Origin: Blastocatellia bacterium
GTDB lineage: Bacteria; Acidobacteriota; Blastocatellia; UBA7656
NCBI GenBank assembly: GCA_963765495.1
Contig: CAVXWP010000010.1
Location: 105,682-169,681, forward strand
Length of the DNA: 64,000 nucleotides
Direction of reading: 5' to 3'
The notes under the pieces: model-generated
Database searches by the model: none
Seen by the model: only the letters and a program-made list of their open reading frames with translations
What the model was told of the DNA's origin: nothing
Position numbers and translations under genes: made by a program
In this document: positions 1 to 9,932 of the stretch, piece after piece
Numbering within the stretch: position 1 is the first letter of the stretch
Layout of the letters: the number at the start of each line of letters is the position of its first letter

Positions 1-544
1 TGCCGTCCTTGTTCTTGTCGTATTTGCTGAACAGATTGGTGACTTCAACGCCCCCGGTAGCCTTTGCCTGAACCTCGCTCATGGCTTGAAAGAACTGGCC
101 CATCTCTTCCTGCGAAAGCGAGCCGTCGTGATCCTTGTCGAGCGCATCGAAGAGGTCTTGCATACGGGCGAACTCTTCACGCGATACTTTGTTGTCTTTG
201 TCGGCATCCAGAAACTGGCTGAGTCTTTCGCCTAATCGAGCGCCGCCGCCACCGCCTCCAAAACGTTCGCGCATATGGTTCCATTCGGTCTCGTCTATGC
301 CTCCGTCCTTGTTTTCATCCAGACGGTCGAAAATCTGCGGCGGCATCTGGGGAGGCATTTCATCGCGGCTGATCTTCTTATCCTTGTTCTTGTCGAGGTC
401 GGCAAAGCTCGGCATCTGAAAGTTGCCTCTTACTCGCGGGCCTCCACCCTCTCCGCCCGGAGGCGGTCCATCCTGAGCGGAGGCAATGCTTGACGCGCCT
501 CCCATCACCATTGTCACTATCAGCAACCCAAAAAACTTCTTCAT
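1..544 (-). CDS. Secreted multi-EF-hand calcium-binding protein (3' end runs off the window)
   Basis: Hand translation from ATG at 544 (RBS GGAGGG): MKKFFGLLIVTMVMGGASSIASAQ signal peptide, then EF-hand loops DKNKDKKISRDE, DENKDGGIDETE, DADKDNKVSREE, DKDHDGSLSQEE, DKNKDG. Missing from the ORF track because its stop is outside the window. Confidence 0.85.
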   Translation of the reverse strand, partial: MKKFFGLLIVTMVMGGASSIASAQDGPPPGGEGGGPRVRGNFQMPSFADLDKNKDKKISRDEMPPQMPPQIFDRLDENKDGGIDETEWNHMRERFGGGGGGARLGERLSQFLDADKDNKVSREEFARMQDLFDALDKDHDGSLSQEEMGQFFQAMSEVQAKATGGVEVTNLFSKYDKNKDG

Positions 545-576
545 TGATCCCTCCGAGGACGAGTGGAGCCGTCCTG

Positions 577-628
577 CTAAAATCTCAAATTGTCAAAATC
601 TCAAATTGTCAAAACCTGAAACTCATCA
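577..628. repeat. Short tandem repeat (AAAATCTCAAATTGTC x2, heptamer-like)
   Basis: ctaaaatctcaaattgtcaaaatctcaaattgtcaaaacctgaaactc spanning the end of the TonB receptor gene. Confidence 0.6.
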
Positions 629-3479
629 CAGCCTCTATGCTTCGCGCGCCCGAAGCGCGGTTGGCAGTCCCGAAGAAAGGAGACGTAAGCACGCCGTTAT
701 AGCCTCCAAGATTCGGGTGATTGAGGATGTTATTCACATTGAGTCCGATTGAAAAGTTGTACTTGTGACGATCATCGCCGCCAAAGAAACCGCCGCCGCC
801 GCCTCGACCGCCGCCAAATCCACCCCGACCGCCGCCGCCGCGTCCGCCGCCACCAAAGCCGCCCTGCCCGCCGCTTGCCGGAACAGTGCCGAATCCGAAT
901 GTCTTTGCAAAATTCATGTTGACGCTTACCGTTGCCGGCCCGTTGCCGTAGTTGCGAGGAATGATCTGATCTCCCGGTCCGGGGTTCGGATTGAATACGC
1001 CAAAACGCGTGACAATGGCATCGGGGTCACCCGGGCTGGCAAAGGCGGGTCGGTCGGTAAAGCTCGTGTCGCCGTTATTGTCGCGCCCCGTAGTGATGTT
1101 GAAAGGACGCCCGGATGCAAAGCGGCTGAATGAGCTTATGCGGATGCTCCAGGGCAGATTCACAGAGCCGCCTACAAAAAATTGATGACGCGCATCCAGA
1201 CTCGAACGCCCGTACTCGTTCGCCAGATCGTAAGGGTTCGCAGGCACGCTGTAGGCGCTGTCGGTATCGCTGTGCGTCGAAGAAAGCGAGTAGTTGGTAA
1301 AGAGAGAAAACTTGCCCCTGACATTTGCCCGCAACATCACCCTGAGTTCTTGCCGGTTCGAAAGCCCTGTGGATTCGAACTGGTATATAGGACCTTCGCC
1401 GGGGAAAGGAAACACCCGTTCTCCGTCCGTCTCCAAAAACGGCGAGTTGATGTTTCGCGTGCGAAGCAGATGCACTCCGCGCTGCCGCGTATAGATGGCA
1501 GTCGCAAACATATTCTTTGGCAATTGCCGCTCGTAGCTCACGGTCGAGATGACCGAATAAGGCTGTTTTAGGTCTTCGGCTTCGGTGCGAATGGTGGGCC
1601 GAAGCGCGACCGCCCCGCTGAACGCGGACGGGATGTCAGGGAAAAACGCCGGTTGCTGAATGATGTACTGCAACTGGTGCTGCCCGTCGTATTTGATCGT
1701 GTCGAAAGTGATGCCGTCGTCTATGAAGTTATAAAAGACACCGGCACCGGCGCGGATTGTGTTCTTGCGCTTTTTGTCGAGCACCCAGGCGAGACCCGCG
1801 CGAGGCGCAAGATTCAACTTGTCTCCGAGGTGGGTTTGAAATTCCTGACGCACACCAAAAGAGAACGTCATTCGGTCGGAAATCTTCCAGTCGTCCTGCG
1901 CAAACAGGCCCGTCTCCCACTGGTTGAAACCCACAAACGGGTCGCCCTGAACTATTGAAAATTGCGAGGGGCGGTAGCCGGGCTCTCCGAGAAGCGTACG
2001 GCGATAGTGTTCGAGCGCCGAGATGCCGATAGAATTGCCTCTGGAATCGAGAATGACCGCGCCCGTAGCATCTCGCTCAAAATCGGTTCCGAACGTAAAG
2101 GTGCCGCCGAAATTCGAGCGATCAAGATTCCTGCGCTGTAGCGACTCGGCGCGAATCCCGGCCTTGATCGTATGTTTCTTTGACGTGAAGGTCAGATTGT
2201 CGGTGAACTCAAGCTCATTGTTTCTGTTATTCAAAAACAGCGAGCCCTGATTGCCGCCCGAGTTAAATGCATCGAGCACGTTTATGGCGGTCTCATCGCT
2301 AAGGGCGAGGGTATCTATCGTGCCGCGGCTCAGTTGCAGGCGCGCTTCGTTGACCGCTCGCTCGCTTGCTATCGTAGTGAGCGAGAATCGCACGGTGTCT
2401 TCGCGTGACGACCGCGTGAGGCCCCGCGAAGGCAAATCGAATGCGCCCGGCAGGTTCTCTTGATCGCTTGTTGAAAACCTGTATTGCGCTCCGATGGTGT
2501 GCTTGCTCGACAGAAGATAATCGGTGCGAAGAGAAAAATTGGTCCTGCGCGTGGGGCTCGGCACCGATGCTATAAACGGAGTAGGCTCAAGCGTCAGGGG
2601 GTCGAGTACAGTCGCATTGACCACGTCGTTTTCATCCCACGCTCGCCGGTCGAAATCCATGAAGAATCCCATGCGTTTGCGTATGATCGGCCCGCTAAAA
2701 TCAAAACTGTAAGTCCGTTTTTGCAGGGCGGCCTTTGAGGGCGCGAAAGCGTCTCTGGCATTCAGGGATTCATCATTGAAGTTGAATCGCAGGCTGCCGT
2801 GAAAATCATCCGTACCCGGCTTGGTGATGATCTCGATCCGGCGAAAGCCGACTTCGGAAAACTCGGCGGCAAACGGGTTTGCGTTTATGCGAATCATCTG
2901 GATCGCTTCTTTCGGCGGGATGCGACCCCGCTCGCGGAACCCGCCTACGTATACGGCCGCGTCATCGCCGCCCCCGGCAGCGCCCGCCATCTGGCGAAGC
3001 GTGTCGAGCAACTCATCCGGGTCATCGGGCAAAGCCTCTATGTCGGCGGGCGTAAGCGTGATGGCCGAGAGGTTATTGTCGGGGTCGGCAGAGATGCCCG
3101 GCGAATCCGTCGTCACATCGGTCTGCTCTTCGATAAAGACTTTGAGTTGAGCATCGAGCGTGATTGATTGCTTCTTCGTGGCATCGACCTGCTCGCTGAA
3201 GGGGGCAAACCCTTCGACCTCTACAGTAAGGGTGTATAAACCGGGGACGACGCGAGTGAACCGATAACGTCCCTGTTCATCGGTCTGGCCCGCATAATGG
3301 TGCCCCTTGCCGTCATCCATAACTATCGGCGCTGCGGGTATAAACGCCCCGGTTTCGTCGGTTACAAGACCTCGCACCTCGGCCGTTCCCTGACCGTAAG
3401 CCATAGAGGAGCCAGCCAGACTGCCAAAATTAATCAGCATCAAAAATGCGCTGAGAGATACAGCTATCAGTTTTTTCAT
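609..3479 (-). CDS. TonB-dependent receptor with N-terminal carboxypeptidase-regulatory-like domain (Oar-like)
   Basis: 956 aa; signal peptide; VRGLVTDETGAFIP...YTLTVEVEGF; NPFAAEF...IEIITKPGTDDFHG plug motif; FAQDDWKIS; C-terminal SFRF barrel signature. Confidence 0.9.
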   Translation of the reverse strand: MKKLIAVSLSAFLMLINFGSLAGSSMAYGQGTAEVRGLVTDETGAFIPAAPIVMDDGKGHHYAGQTDEQGRYRFTRVVPGLYTLTVEVEGFAPFSEQVDATKKQSITLDAQLKVFIEEQTDVTTDSPGISADPDNNLSAITLTPADIEALPDDPDELLDTLRQMAGAAGGGDDAAVYVGGFRERGRIPPKEAIQMIRINANPFAAEFSEVGFRRIEIITKPGTDDFHGSLRFNFNDESLNARDAFAPSKAALQKRTYSFDFSGPIIRKRMGFFMDFDRRAWDENDVVNATVLDPLTLEPTPFIASVPSPTRRTNFSLRTDYLLSSKHTIGAQYRFSTSDQENLPGAFDLPSRGLTRSSREDTVRFSLTTIASERAVNEARLQLSRGTIDTLALSDETAINVLDAFNSGGNQGSLFLNNRNNELEFTDNLTFTSKKHTIKAGIRAESLQRRNLDRSNFGGTFTFGTDFERDATGAVILDSRGNSIGISALEHYRRTLLGEPGYRPSQFSIVQGDPFVGFNQWETGLFAQDDWKISDRMTFSFGVRQEFQTHLGDKLNLAPRAGLAWVLDKKRKNTIRAGAGVFYNFIDDGITFDTIKYDGQHQLQYIIQQPAFFPDIPSAFSGAVALRPTIRTEAEDLKQPYSVISTVSYERQLPKNMFATAIYTRQRGVHLLRTRNINSPFLETDGERVFPFPGEGPIYQFESTGLSNRQELRVMLRANVRGKFSLFTNYSLSSTHSDTDSAYSVPANPYDLANEYGRSSLDARHQFFVGGSVNLPWSIRISSFSRFASGRPFNITTGRDNNGDTSFTDRPAFASPGDPDAIVTRFGVFNPNPGPGDQIIPRNYGNGPATVSVNMNFAKTFGFGTVPASGGQGGFGGGGRGGGGRGGFGGGRGGGGGFFGGDDRHKYNFSIGLNVNNILNHPNLGGYNGVLTSPFFGTANRASGARSIEAVMSFRF

Positions 3480-3563
3480 TATATATACTTCCCGAGCTAA
3501 ATTAAGAACCCCGTTCCACTGGTTACTCGCAAGCGATGAACGGGTCAGCTTGCTTTAGACGCT

Positions 3564-3977
3564 TTACCTCTTATTTTTGTCGTTGAATTGTTCGCGCCTG
3601 CGGTCGCTTTCGCGGACAAGCTCTTCGAACTCAGGCAATTGTTCGGGGGAAAGTGCAGCACGCATGCGATCTCTGCCCTGCTGGCGCACTACGTCAATAC
3701 GCGGTTCTATATCTTTTCGGATATCTGCGTACTTGTCGAAGGTTTCATCTAGTATGCCCTTGATCTGGTCTCGCTGATCGGGGGTGAGTTTGAGACGGGT
3801 AGTCATCTTTTCGATGATGTAATCCTGTGGCTTGTGGTTATGCTCTTCGCGCGACGGATCGGAAGTGGTTATGCCGGAATAGAGGTTCATGGCCAGCGCG
3901 CCGGCCAAAAAACCTATTGCGAATACTGCAAGCACGATCAAGCGCGCTTTGGTTTGACTTCTGGTATTACTTTCCAT
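3564..3977 (-). CDS. Spy/CpxP-like (periplasmic heavy-metal-sensor family) membrane-anchored protein
   Basis: Likely start MESNTRS (3977); N-terminal TM; LKLTPDQRDQIKGIL and ALSPEQ LTxxQ motifs. Confidence 0.7.
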   Translation of the reverse strand: MESNTRSQTKARLIVLAVFAIGFLAGALAMNLYSGITTSDPSREEHNHKPQDYIIEKMTTRLKLTPDQRDQIKGILDETFDKYADIRKDIEPRIDVVRQQGRDRMRAALSPEQLPEFEELVRESDRRREQFNDKNKR

Positions 3978-4536
3978 TCTCAGTTTCCTCCACCGCCACC
4001 AGTGTTTCCAGGACATCATCGGGTGTCGGTCGGGATAAATCATAAACATCGTTGAATATCACACGCTCGCTCGGGCGAATAGCCATCTCGCCGTTTCGTG
4101 GGGTGGCGGCGCTCCAGAGCAATGACGCGCCTATTATCAAAAGAAGCAATACGGCCATAATTGGTATAAGCTGCCGCGCCGCCACCATCACCACAGACGC
4201 CCAGGGTTCGTCTGCGCCACTGCTGATACCGAAGCGAGACGCCCACCCGGGTCCGCGATTGATTCTGGCCCGAAGCGCGATAAAGAAATCCTCGCCCGGC
4301 TCAACCGGGTGATCGGCTCCCGCGCGATCAAGCACCACCTGCGTAAAAGCAAATATTCGATACTCACGCGAGCATCTCTCGCACGATTGAACATGGCGCT
4401 CAAGAACGGAGGGCTCAAGAACGGGGCGCTCCGCGCTTGAGCGCCCTTCACCGGTCGCGTCTTCCGACAAGCGCGAGAACTGCTTGCGCGCTTGTCGGCA
4501 ACTGATTGTCACCCCGCCACGGGTTCGATTCTTCAT
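3967..4536 (-). CDS. Zinc-binding (ZAS-type) membrane anti-sigma factor
   Basis: Start MKNRTRGG overlaps the sigma stop (ATGA); C...HVQSCERC (HxxxCxxC) motif followed by one TM helix; directly downstream of the ECF sigma gene. Confidence 0.75.
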   Translation of the reverse strand: MKNRTRGGVTISCRQARKQFSRLSEDATGEGRSSAERPVLEPSVLERHVQSCERCSREYRIFAFTQVVLDRAGADHPVEPGEDFFIALRARINRGPGWASRFGISSGADEPWASVVMVAARQLIPIMAVLLLLIIGASLLWSAATPRNGEMAIRPSERVIFNDVYDLSRPTPDDVLETLVAVEETENGK

Positions 4537-5276
4537 TTCATATTCCTCTGTTTGCGTTCGGCGCTCATAATCAGCCGCTTCATCGCCGCTCGCAAAGTCC
4601 TTCGTGCCCGAAAGGCCCTCACCTTGATTTTGGAATGACCCCACCCGGTCATCTCGGAAATTTCGCCTACAGAATACCCATCCCTGTCCATCAGCACAAT
4701 CACCAGCCTGTCTTCGGGCTCAAGCTTTTCGAGCAATCTCTCGGCAATATCTGCCGATTCGCGCTGCCGTTCGGCGCTCGCGTGCCGATCAAAAGCCGCC
4801 TCTAGCATTTGAAGTTCGAGCCATTCGCCCTCGTTTTCTGCGCCCTCTGGCATGTGATACTCAGCCCGGCGGCGCTGCGCTCTCAATTGATCGTAGCACG
4901 CATTTACCGCGATCTTTGCAACCCAGGCTTCGAAAGAACGCCCAAGCGTAAAGGTCGCAAGCGAAAAATAGGCCCTGGCAAAAACCTCCTGCGCGATGTC
5001 TTCGATCATGTCGCGGCGGCGAAAAAAGCTGCCGATTATATTGAAGACTCGCGGGCTGTAACGGCGAACCAGAACCTCGTAACTGTACTGGTCTCCGGCC
5101 AGGCTCTGGCGGATCAAATCATCTTCGCCCGCCTTGCCGGTTACTGCTCGCAGGTCCGATTCCTCTTCAATCGCCAGGGGCTCGGCATCGGCGCCAGCCG
5201 AAACTTCAGCCTGGGCGCGCGGAGCCGCACCTTGCGCGATGAGGTTATTTGACTGACTCTTACGGTCGCCTGGCAA
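4533..5276 (-). CDS. ECF RNA polymerase sigma-70 factor
   Basis: EDIAQEVFARAY...FEAWVAKIAVNACYD (region 2) and GYSVGEISEMTGWGHSKIKVRAFRAR (region 4). Exact start uncertain. Confidence 0.9.
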   Translation of the reverse strand: MPGDRKSQSNNLIAQGAAPRAQAEVSAGADAEPLAIEEESDLRAVTGKAGEDDLIRQSLAGDQYSYEVLVRRYSPRVFNIIGSFFRRRDMIEDIAQEVFARAYFSLATFTLGRSFEAWVAKIAVNACYDQLRAQRRRAEYHMPEGAENEGEWLELQMLEAAFDRHASAERQRESADIAERLLEKLEPEDRLVIVLMDRDGYSVGEISEMTGWGHSKIKVRAFRARRTLRAAMKRLIMSAERKQRNMK

Positions 5277-5506
5277 AAGCCTCCTGATCTCCTAGCGCCT
5301 TCCCTCTACAGGCGCTAACTCGGCTGATCTCGCTTTCATCCTAAAAAATCCACCCCTTGTAAGTTAACCTCTGACGGGCTTTTACATCAAACCGTATCAG
5401 TTAAGCGGCACGCGATTGTATTGACAAAGAACCATTCCGGATCATCAACCCGGCCCGGATTCGCGGCTATAAGGCGCGGACCCGGCTTGGTGGCCACATT
5501 GCTAAA

Positions 5507-5532
5507 GACGATGGAAGGAGATCGACGGTTAC
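5507..5532 (-). promoter_or_regulatory. Putative ECF-type (autoregulatory) promoter GTAACC-N16-CGTC
   Basis: Minus strand GTAACC gtcgatctccttccat CGTC fits the AAC/CGT ECF consensus, ~230 nt upstream of the sigma ORF. Confidence 0.55.
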
Positions 5533-5540
5533 GAAAATTC

Positions 5541-5646
5541 CTTGGGTGATTCGTAAAGAGTGATGCGTGATGCGTGATTTTCGAGCAAGCATTCCGTTTA
5601 AGCTGCCTTACAAGCCTGTTATATCACGAATCACGCATCACCCAAG
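5541..5646. repeat. Heptamer inverted-repeat element (GTGATGC)n...(TCACGCA)n
   Basis: cttgggtgattcgt...gtgatgcgtgatgcgtgat ... atcacgaatcacgcatcacccaag; the arms are reverse complements. Confidence 0.75.
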
Positions 5647-5809
5647 AAACTCCGCCGCGATGCGATTACACTCAGCGGCAGCGGCGCTTTCATTGTGAGG
5701 GCTTGTGATTTGCGATCAAGAGCCGCTCGATTTTCCCACGCCGCCTATTCTCAGGAAAAGCTTCGCACGCATAAAGAGCTTACTGAGAATCAACTGGCCT
5801 CGGATTATT

Positions 5810-5863
5810 CTGAAAAAAACTTCATCTCATTTTCATAAAGCTTTAAGTCTGAAAGTGTATCTT
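5810..5863 (+). promoter_or_regulatory. Putative OmpR-family-regulated promoter upstream of actA copy 1
   Basis: CTGAAAAAAACTTCATCTCATTTTCATAAAGCTTTAA-N11-TATCTT; near-identical and gap-free to 26856-26909. Confidence 0.55.
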
Positions 5864-6041
5864 TACAGGCAGACCAGATTATCTGGCGGAGACGAAACGG
5901 GAGATGAATGGGCGCTCGGAATATTCCCGTTCCAGGCCAGAGGTTGCCCGCTCGATCTCAGCCCCCGATTATGAGGGCCGTTGACTGAGCCTCGCTGCCT
6001 GTTCATCGTTTCGCCGATCCGGGTCAGACAGAATCGCCACA

Positions 6042-6701
6042 ATGCATCGAACATCCCATCGTAGCACGAATACGATTGCCCGTGTGACTATCTATGGCGC
6101 GGTCTTTCTGCTCGCCTTTATTGCCTGGGCGACCTACACCATAGGCATTTCGCCATACATTACCGAAGTGGGCGTGCCGCGGCCACAGCCTGTGCCTTTC
6201 AGCCACAAACACCACGCAGGGCAACTCGGCATTGATTGCCGCTATTGCCACGCGACGGTCGAGACATCCGCCTTTGCCGGGATGCCGCCTACCTCTACCT
6301 GCATGAATTGCCATTCGCAGATATGGACCGGCAGCCCCTTGCTCGAACCCGTGCGAGAGAGTTACCGCACCGGAAAACCGCTTATCTGGACCAGGGTCTA
6401 CAACCTCCCACAGTTCGCCTATTTCGATCACAGCATTCATATCCACAAAGGCGTAGGCTGCGCGACCTGCCACGGGCGGATGGACCAGATGCCGCTGACT
6501 TGGCAGGCAAGCCCTATGTTGATGCAGTGGTGTCTGGAGTGTCACCGCGACCCGGCGCGATTCGTCAGGCCGCGCGAAGAAGTATTCAATATGGACTGGC
6601 AGGCTCCGAAAAACAGGTCCGACCTCGGACGGGAGCTTATCAAACTCTACAACATCAAGGACACACGCAGGCTGACCGATTGCTCTACGTGTCACAGATA
6701 G
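6042..6701 (+). CDS. actA: Alternative complex III pentaheme cytochrome c subunit (copy 1)
   Basis: N-terminal TM; five CxxCH motifs (CRYCH, CMNCH, CATCH, CLECH, CSTCH); QPVPFSHKHH. Confidence 0.95.
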   Translation: MHRTSHRSTNTIARVTIYGAVFLLAFIAWATYTIGISPYITEVGVPRPQPVPFSHKHHAGQLGIDCRYCHATVETSAFAGMPPTSTCMNCHSQIWTGSPLLEPVRESYRTGKPLIWTRVYNLPQFAYFDHSIHIHKGVGCATCHGRMDQMPLTWQASPMLMQWCLECHRDPARFVRPREEVFNMDWQAPKNRSDLGRELIKLYNIKDTRRLTDCSTCHR

Positions 6702-6718
6702 AGAGAACGGATTGCAGG

Positions 6719-9700
6719 GTGAAGCAAGATCCACACACTACCTTGATCGAAGAGGGGCGCAGGCTCTGGCAGAGCCTTGAGGAACTCGCAGAAAGAGAGG
6801 AATCTGCCGGAACGCGCAGCCACAGGTCGGGTAACCAGACCGCGATGCTTGAGAACGCGCTCGACCGACGGGATTTCTTGAAATTGATGAGCGCGTCGCT
6901 TGCGCTTGCCGGATTAACGGGCTGCGCCGCGAGGCAGCCTATTGGAAAGATCGCGCCCTACGTGCGCCAGCCCGAAGAGATTATCCCCGGCAAGCCGCTC
7001 TTTTATGCGACCGCGATGACGCTCGGCGGGTACGCTTCGGGGCTTGTCGTAGAGACTCACGAAGGGCGTCCTACCAAGATAGAAGGCAACCCCGACCATC
7101 CCGCGAGCCTCGGCGCTACGGATGTCTTTGCGCAGGCTTCGGTGCTGTCGCTTTACGATCCTGACCGCTCGCAATCGGCAATGCACAACGGACAGATAAC
7201 GACATGGGATGATTTCTTCCGCGAGATGCTGAAAGAGATTCCCAGCATCGCCGCGCGACAGGGCGAGGGTTTGCGATTCCTCACCGAGACCACAACATCG
7301 CCGACTCTCGCTCGTCTGATACAGACAATTTCGGAGAGGCTCCCGAAAACAATCTGGCATCAATACGACGCGGCAGCGCGCGATAACGAGCGAGAGGGCG
7401 GGCGGCTGGCTCTAGGCCGATACGTGCAGACCATCTACCACTTTGACAGGGCCGATGTGGTTCTCGCACTGGATGCCGACTTTTTTTCAATCGAAGGCGC
7501 AGGCACACGTTATGCGCGCGACTTTATCTCGAAGCGGCGAGTGCGCGTGGGTAAGACCGATATGAATCGACTCTACGCCGTGGAGTGCACGCCTACAAAC
7601 ACCGGAACGATGGCCGATCATCGCCTGCCGATAAAGGCAGGCCGGATAGAAGCCTTCGCTCGCGCAGTTGCCTCCGCGATAGGAGCCGCGCCTGAACAGA
7701 CGAGCCCGACGCCTTCCGATATAGATCACGCGGAATGGATCAACGCGCTTGCGCGAGACCTGACCGCCCATCGCGGCTCGACGATAATCATAGCGGGCAA
7801 CAGCCAGCCGCCCTCGGTTCACGCGATGGTTCACGCTATGAATCGGGCGCTCGGCAATGTGGGAAACACATTGAGCTATATCGATCCGGTCGAGGTCAAT
7901 CCAACCAATCAACTCGAATCGCTCCTCCGCCTTATTCAGGATATGGAAGCGGGCACAGTCGAAGAGCTTATTATCTCGGGCGGCAATCCTGCGCTGACGG
8001 CCCCGGCTGATTTCCCTTTTGCCGAGTGCTTGAAGAAGGTCAGATTGAGCGTTCACCACAACCTCTACTTTGACGAAACATCGGCGCTCTGCCAGTGGCA
8101 CATTCCCGAGGCTCACTACCTTGAATCGTGGGGCGACGCTCGCGCGTATGACGGCACGATCAGCATTATTCAGCCGATGATAACGCCTCTTTTTGGAGGC
8201 AAGACTACCGGCGAACTTCTGACCATTTTTACCGACAACCCGTATCGCTCAGGTTACGATCTCGTGCGTGAATACTGGAAGAAGACGGGACCCCAGGTAC
8301 CAGCTATTCAAATGGAGCCGGCAGCCGCAACAGAGCAAAAAGAGAATAGACAGAAAGCCGCGCAATCGAATCCTCCACCCGATTCCCAAACAAATAAGGG
8401 TGCGACCTCCGAAGCGCAGACCGCTCAGACACAGGCTCCATCGGCAGAGTTTGAAAAGTGGTGGCGCGAAACGTTGCGGCTCGGGATGATTTCCGGCACG
8501 GCGCATCAGACAGCGCCCGGCTCCACCGAAACAAACAATGCTCAATCAGTCTCCGCTCAATCAGTCAATGCTCGATCAAACAATAGCCCTTCCCAGTCAA
8601 CATCATTAGATCAATCCTCGGCGGCAGACCGGCCTTCAGGGCTTGAGATAGTATTTCGGACCGATCCTTCGATATATGACGGGCGCTTTGCCAACAACGG
8701 ATGGCTTCAAGAACTTCCCAAACCGCTGACCAGACTCGCATGGGACAACGCCGCACTCATAAGCCCTGCAACGGCCAAACGATTCGATCTCTCATCCGAG
8801 GTCAATGCTCACGGAGGGGCGCACGGAGGCTCGATCACCGATGTGATCGAGTTGCACTTTCAAGGCCGCAGCCTTCGCGCCCCCGTGTGGATCGTGCCGG
8901 GACACGCCGATGATTCGGTGACGGTTTATCTGGGCTATGGTCGAACGCAGGCGGGGAGCATCGGGACCGGACTGGGGTTCAACGCCTATTCGCTTCGCAC
9001 TTCGGATGCGCAATGGTTTTCAGACGGGCTTGAAATCAGCAAGACGGGCGAGCGATACGAAATCGTCTGCGTTCAGGCTCATCATCAGATGGAAGGGCGC
9101 GAGCCTGTGCGCTCGATCACCATCCGCGAGTATCTGGAACACCCCACGCAAGAGAAGGCAGAAGAAGAGTCGAAAAGATACCTCACGCTTTATCCCGAAT
9201 GGAAATACGACGGCTATGCCTGGGGCATGTCGATAGACACGGGCTCGTGCATAGGCTGCAATGCGTGCGTCATCGCCTGTCAGGCCGAAAACAACATCCC
9301 CATAGTGGGCAAGTCGGAAGTCCTCCGGGCGCGCGAGATGCACTGGCTGCGAATTGATCGCTACTACAAGGGCGACCCTGCAAATCCCGAAGTGCTGAAT
9401 CAGCCCGTGCTGTGCATGCATTGTGAAAAGGCTCCGTGCGAACTGGTCTGCCCCGTTGAAGCGACTTCTCACAGCAGCGAAGGCTTAAACGAGATGACAT
9501 ACAATCGCTGCGTAGGCACGCGGTACTGCTCAAACAACTGCCCGTACAAAGTGCGCCGCTTCAACTTCTTCGAATATGCCGCTTATGACACGCCGTTCGT
9601 GCAGCTTCAAATGAACCCGGATGTGACGGTCCGGTCTCGCGGCGTGATGGAAAAATGCACCTACTGCCTTCAGCGAATAAACACGGCGAAGATAGCGGCA

Positions 9701-9928
9701 GAAAGAGAAGACCGGACGGTGCGCGACGGCGAGATAGTTACCGCCTGTCAGGCGGCCTGTCCTGCCGAAGCCATCACGTTCGGGGATAAGAATGACCCGA
9801 ACTCTCACGTGGCAAGGCTCAAGGCCGAGCCGACCGATTATGGCTTGCTCGCCGAATTGAACACGCAACCTAGAACAACCTATTTGATGACGGTGCGAAA
9901 CCCTAACCCTGAAATCGAAACGGAGTAA
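6719..9928 (+). CDS. actB: Alternative complex III molybdopterin-oxidoreductase-like/4Fe-4S subunit (copy 1)
   Basis: Likely GTG start at 6719; WQSLEEL...DRRDFLKLM Tat-variant signal; GRPTKIEGNPDHP; FeS motifs CIGCNAC, CMHCEKAPC, CVGTRYCSNNC, EKCTYC. Confidence 0.95.
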   Translation: MKQDPHTTLIEEGRRLWQSLEELAEREESAGTRSHRSGNQTAMLENALDRRDFLKLMSASLALAGLTGCAARQPIGKIAPYVRQPEEIIPGKPLFYATAMTLGGYASGLVVETHEGRPTKIEGNPDHPASLGATDVFAQASVLSLYDPDRSQSAMHNGQITTWDDFFREMLKEIPSIAARQGEGLRFLTETTTSPTLARLIQTISERLPKTIWHQYDAAARDNEREGGRLALGRYVQTIYHFDRADVVLALDADFFSIEGAGTRYARDFISKRRVRVGKTDMNRLYAVECTPTNTGTMADHRLPIKAGRIEAFARAVASAIGAAPEQTSPTPSDIDHAEWINALARDLTAHRGSTIIIAGNSQPPSVHAMVHAMNRALGNVGNTLSYIDPVEVNPTNQLESLLRLIQDMEAGTVEELIISGGNPALTAPADFPFAECLKKVRLSVHHNLYFDETSALCQWHIPEAHYLESWGDARAYDGTISIIQPMITPLFGGKTTGELLTIFTDNPYRSGYDLVREYWKKTGPQVPAIQMEPAAATEQKENRQKAAQSNPPPDSQTNKGATSEAQTAQTQAPSAEFEKWWRETLRLGMISGTAHQTAPGSTETNNAQSVSAQSVNARSNNSPSQSTSLDQSSAADRPSGLEIVFRTDPSIYDGRFANNGWLQELPKPLTRLAWDNAALISPATAKRFDLSSEVNAHGGAHGGSITDVIELHFQGRSLRAPVWIVPGHADDSVTVYLGYGRTQAGSIGTGLGFNAYSLRTSDAQWFSDGLEISKTGERYEIVCVQAHHQMEGREPVRSITIREYLEHPTQEKAEEESKRYLTLYPEWKYDGYAWGMSIDTGSCIGCNACVIACQAENNIPIVGKSEVLRAREMHWLRIDRYYKGDPANPEVLNQPVLCMHCEKAPCELVCPVEATSHSSEGLNEMTYNRCVGTRYCSNNCPYKVRRFNFFEYAAYDTPFVQLQMNPDVTVRSRGVMEKCTYCLQRINTAKIAAEREDRTVRDGEIVTACQAACPAEAITFGDKNDPNSHVARLKAEPTDYGLLAELNTQPRTTYLMTVRNPNPEIETE

Positions 9929-9932
9929 CCGA

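Noticed and set aside
1-544. Lanmodulin call for the EF-hand protein
   Set aside because: The loops lack the position-2 proline typical of lanmodulin and look like ordinary Ca2+ EF-hands.
6236-6718. 161-aa N-terminal extension of actB in the ORF track
   Set aside because: It overlaps actA in another frame and has no counterpart in copy 2; the real start is probably GTG at 6719.
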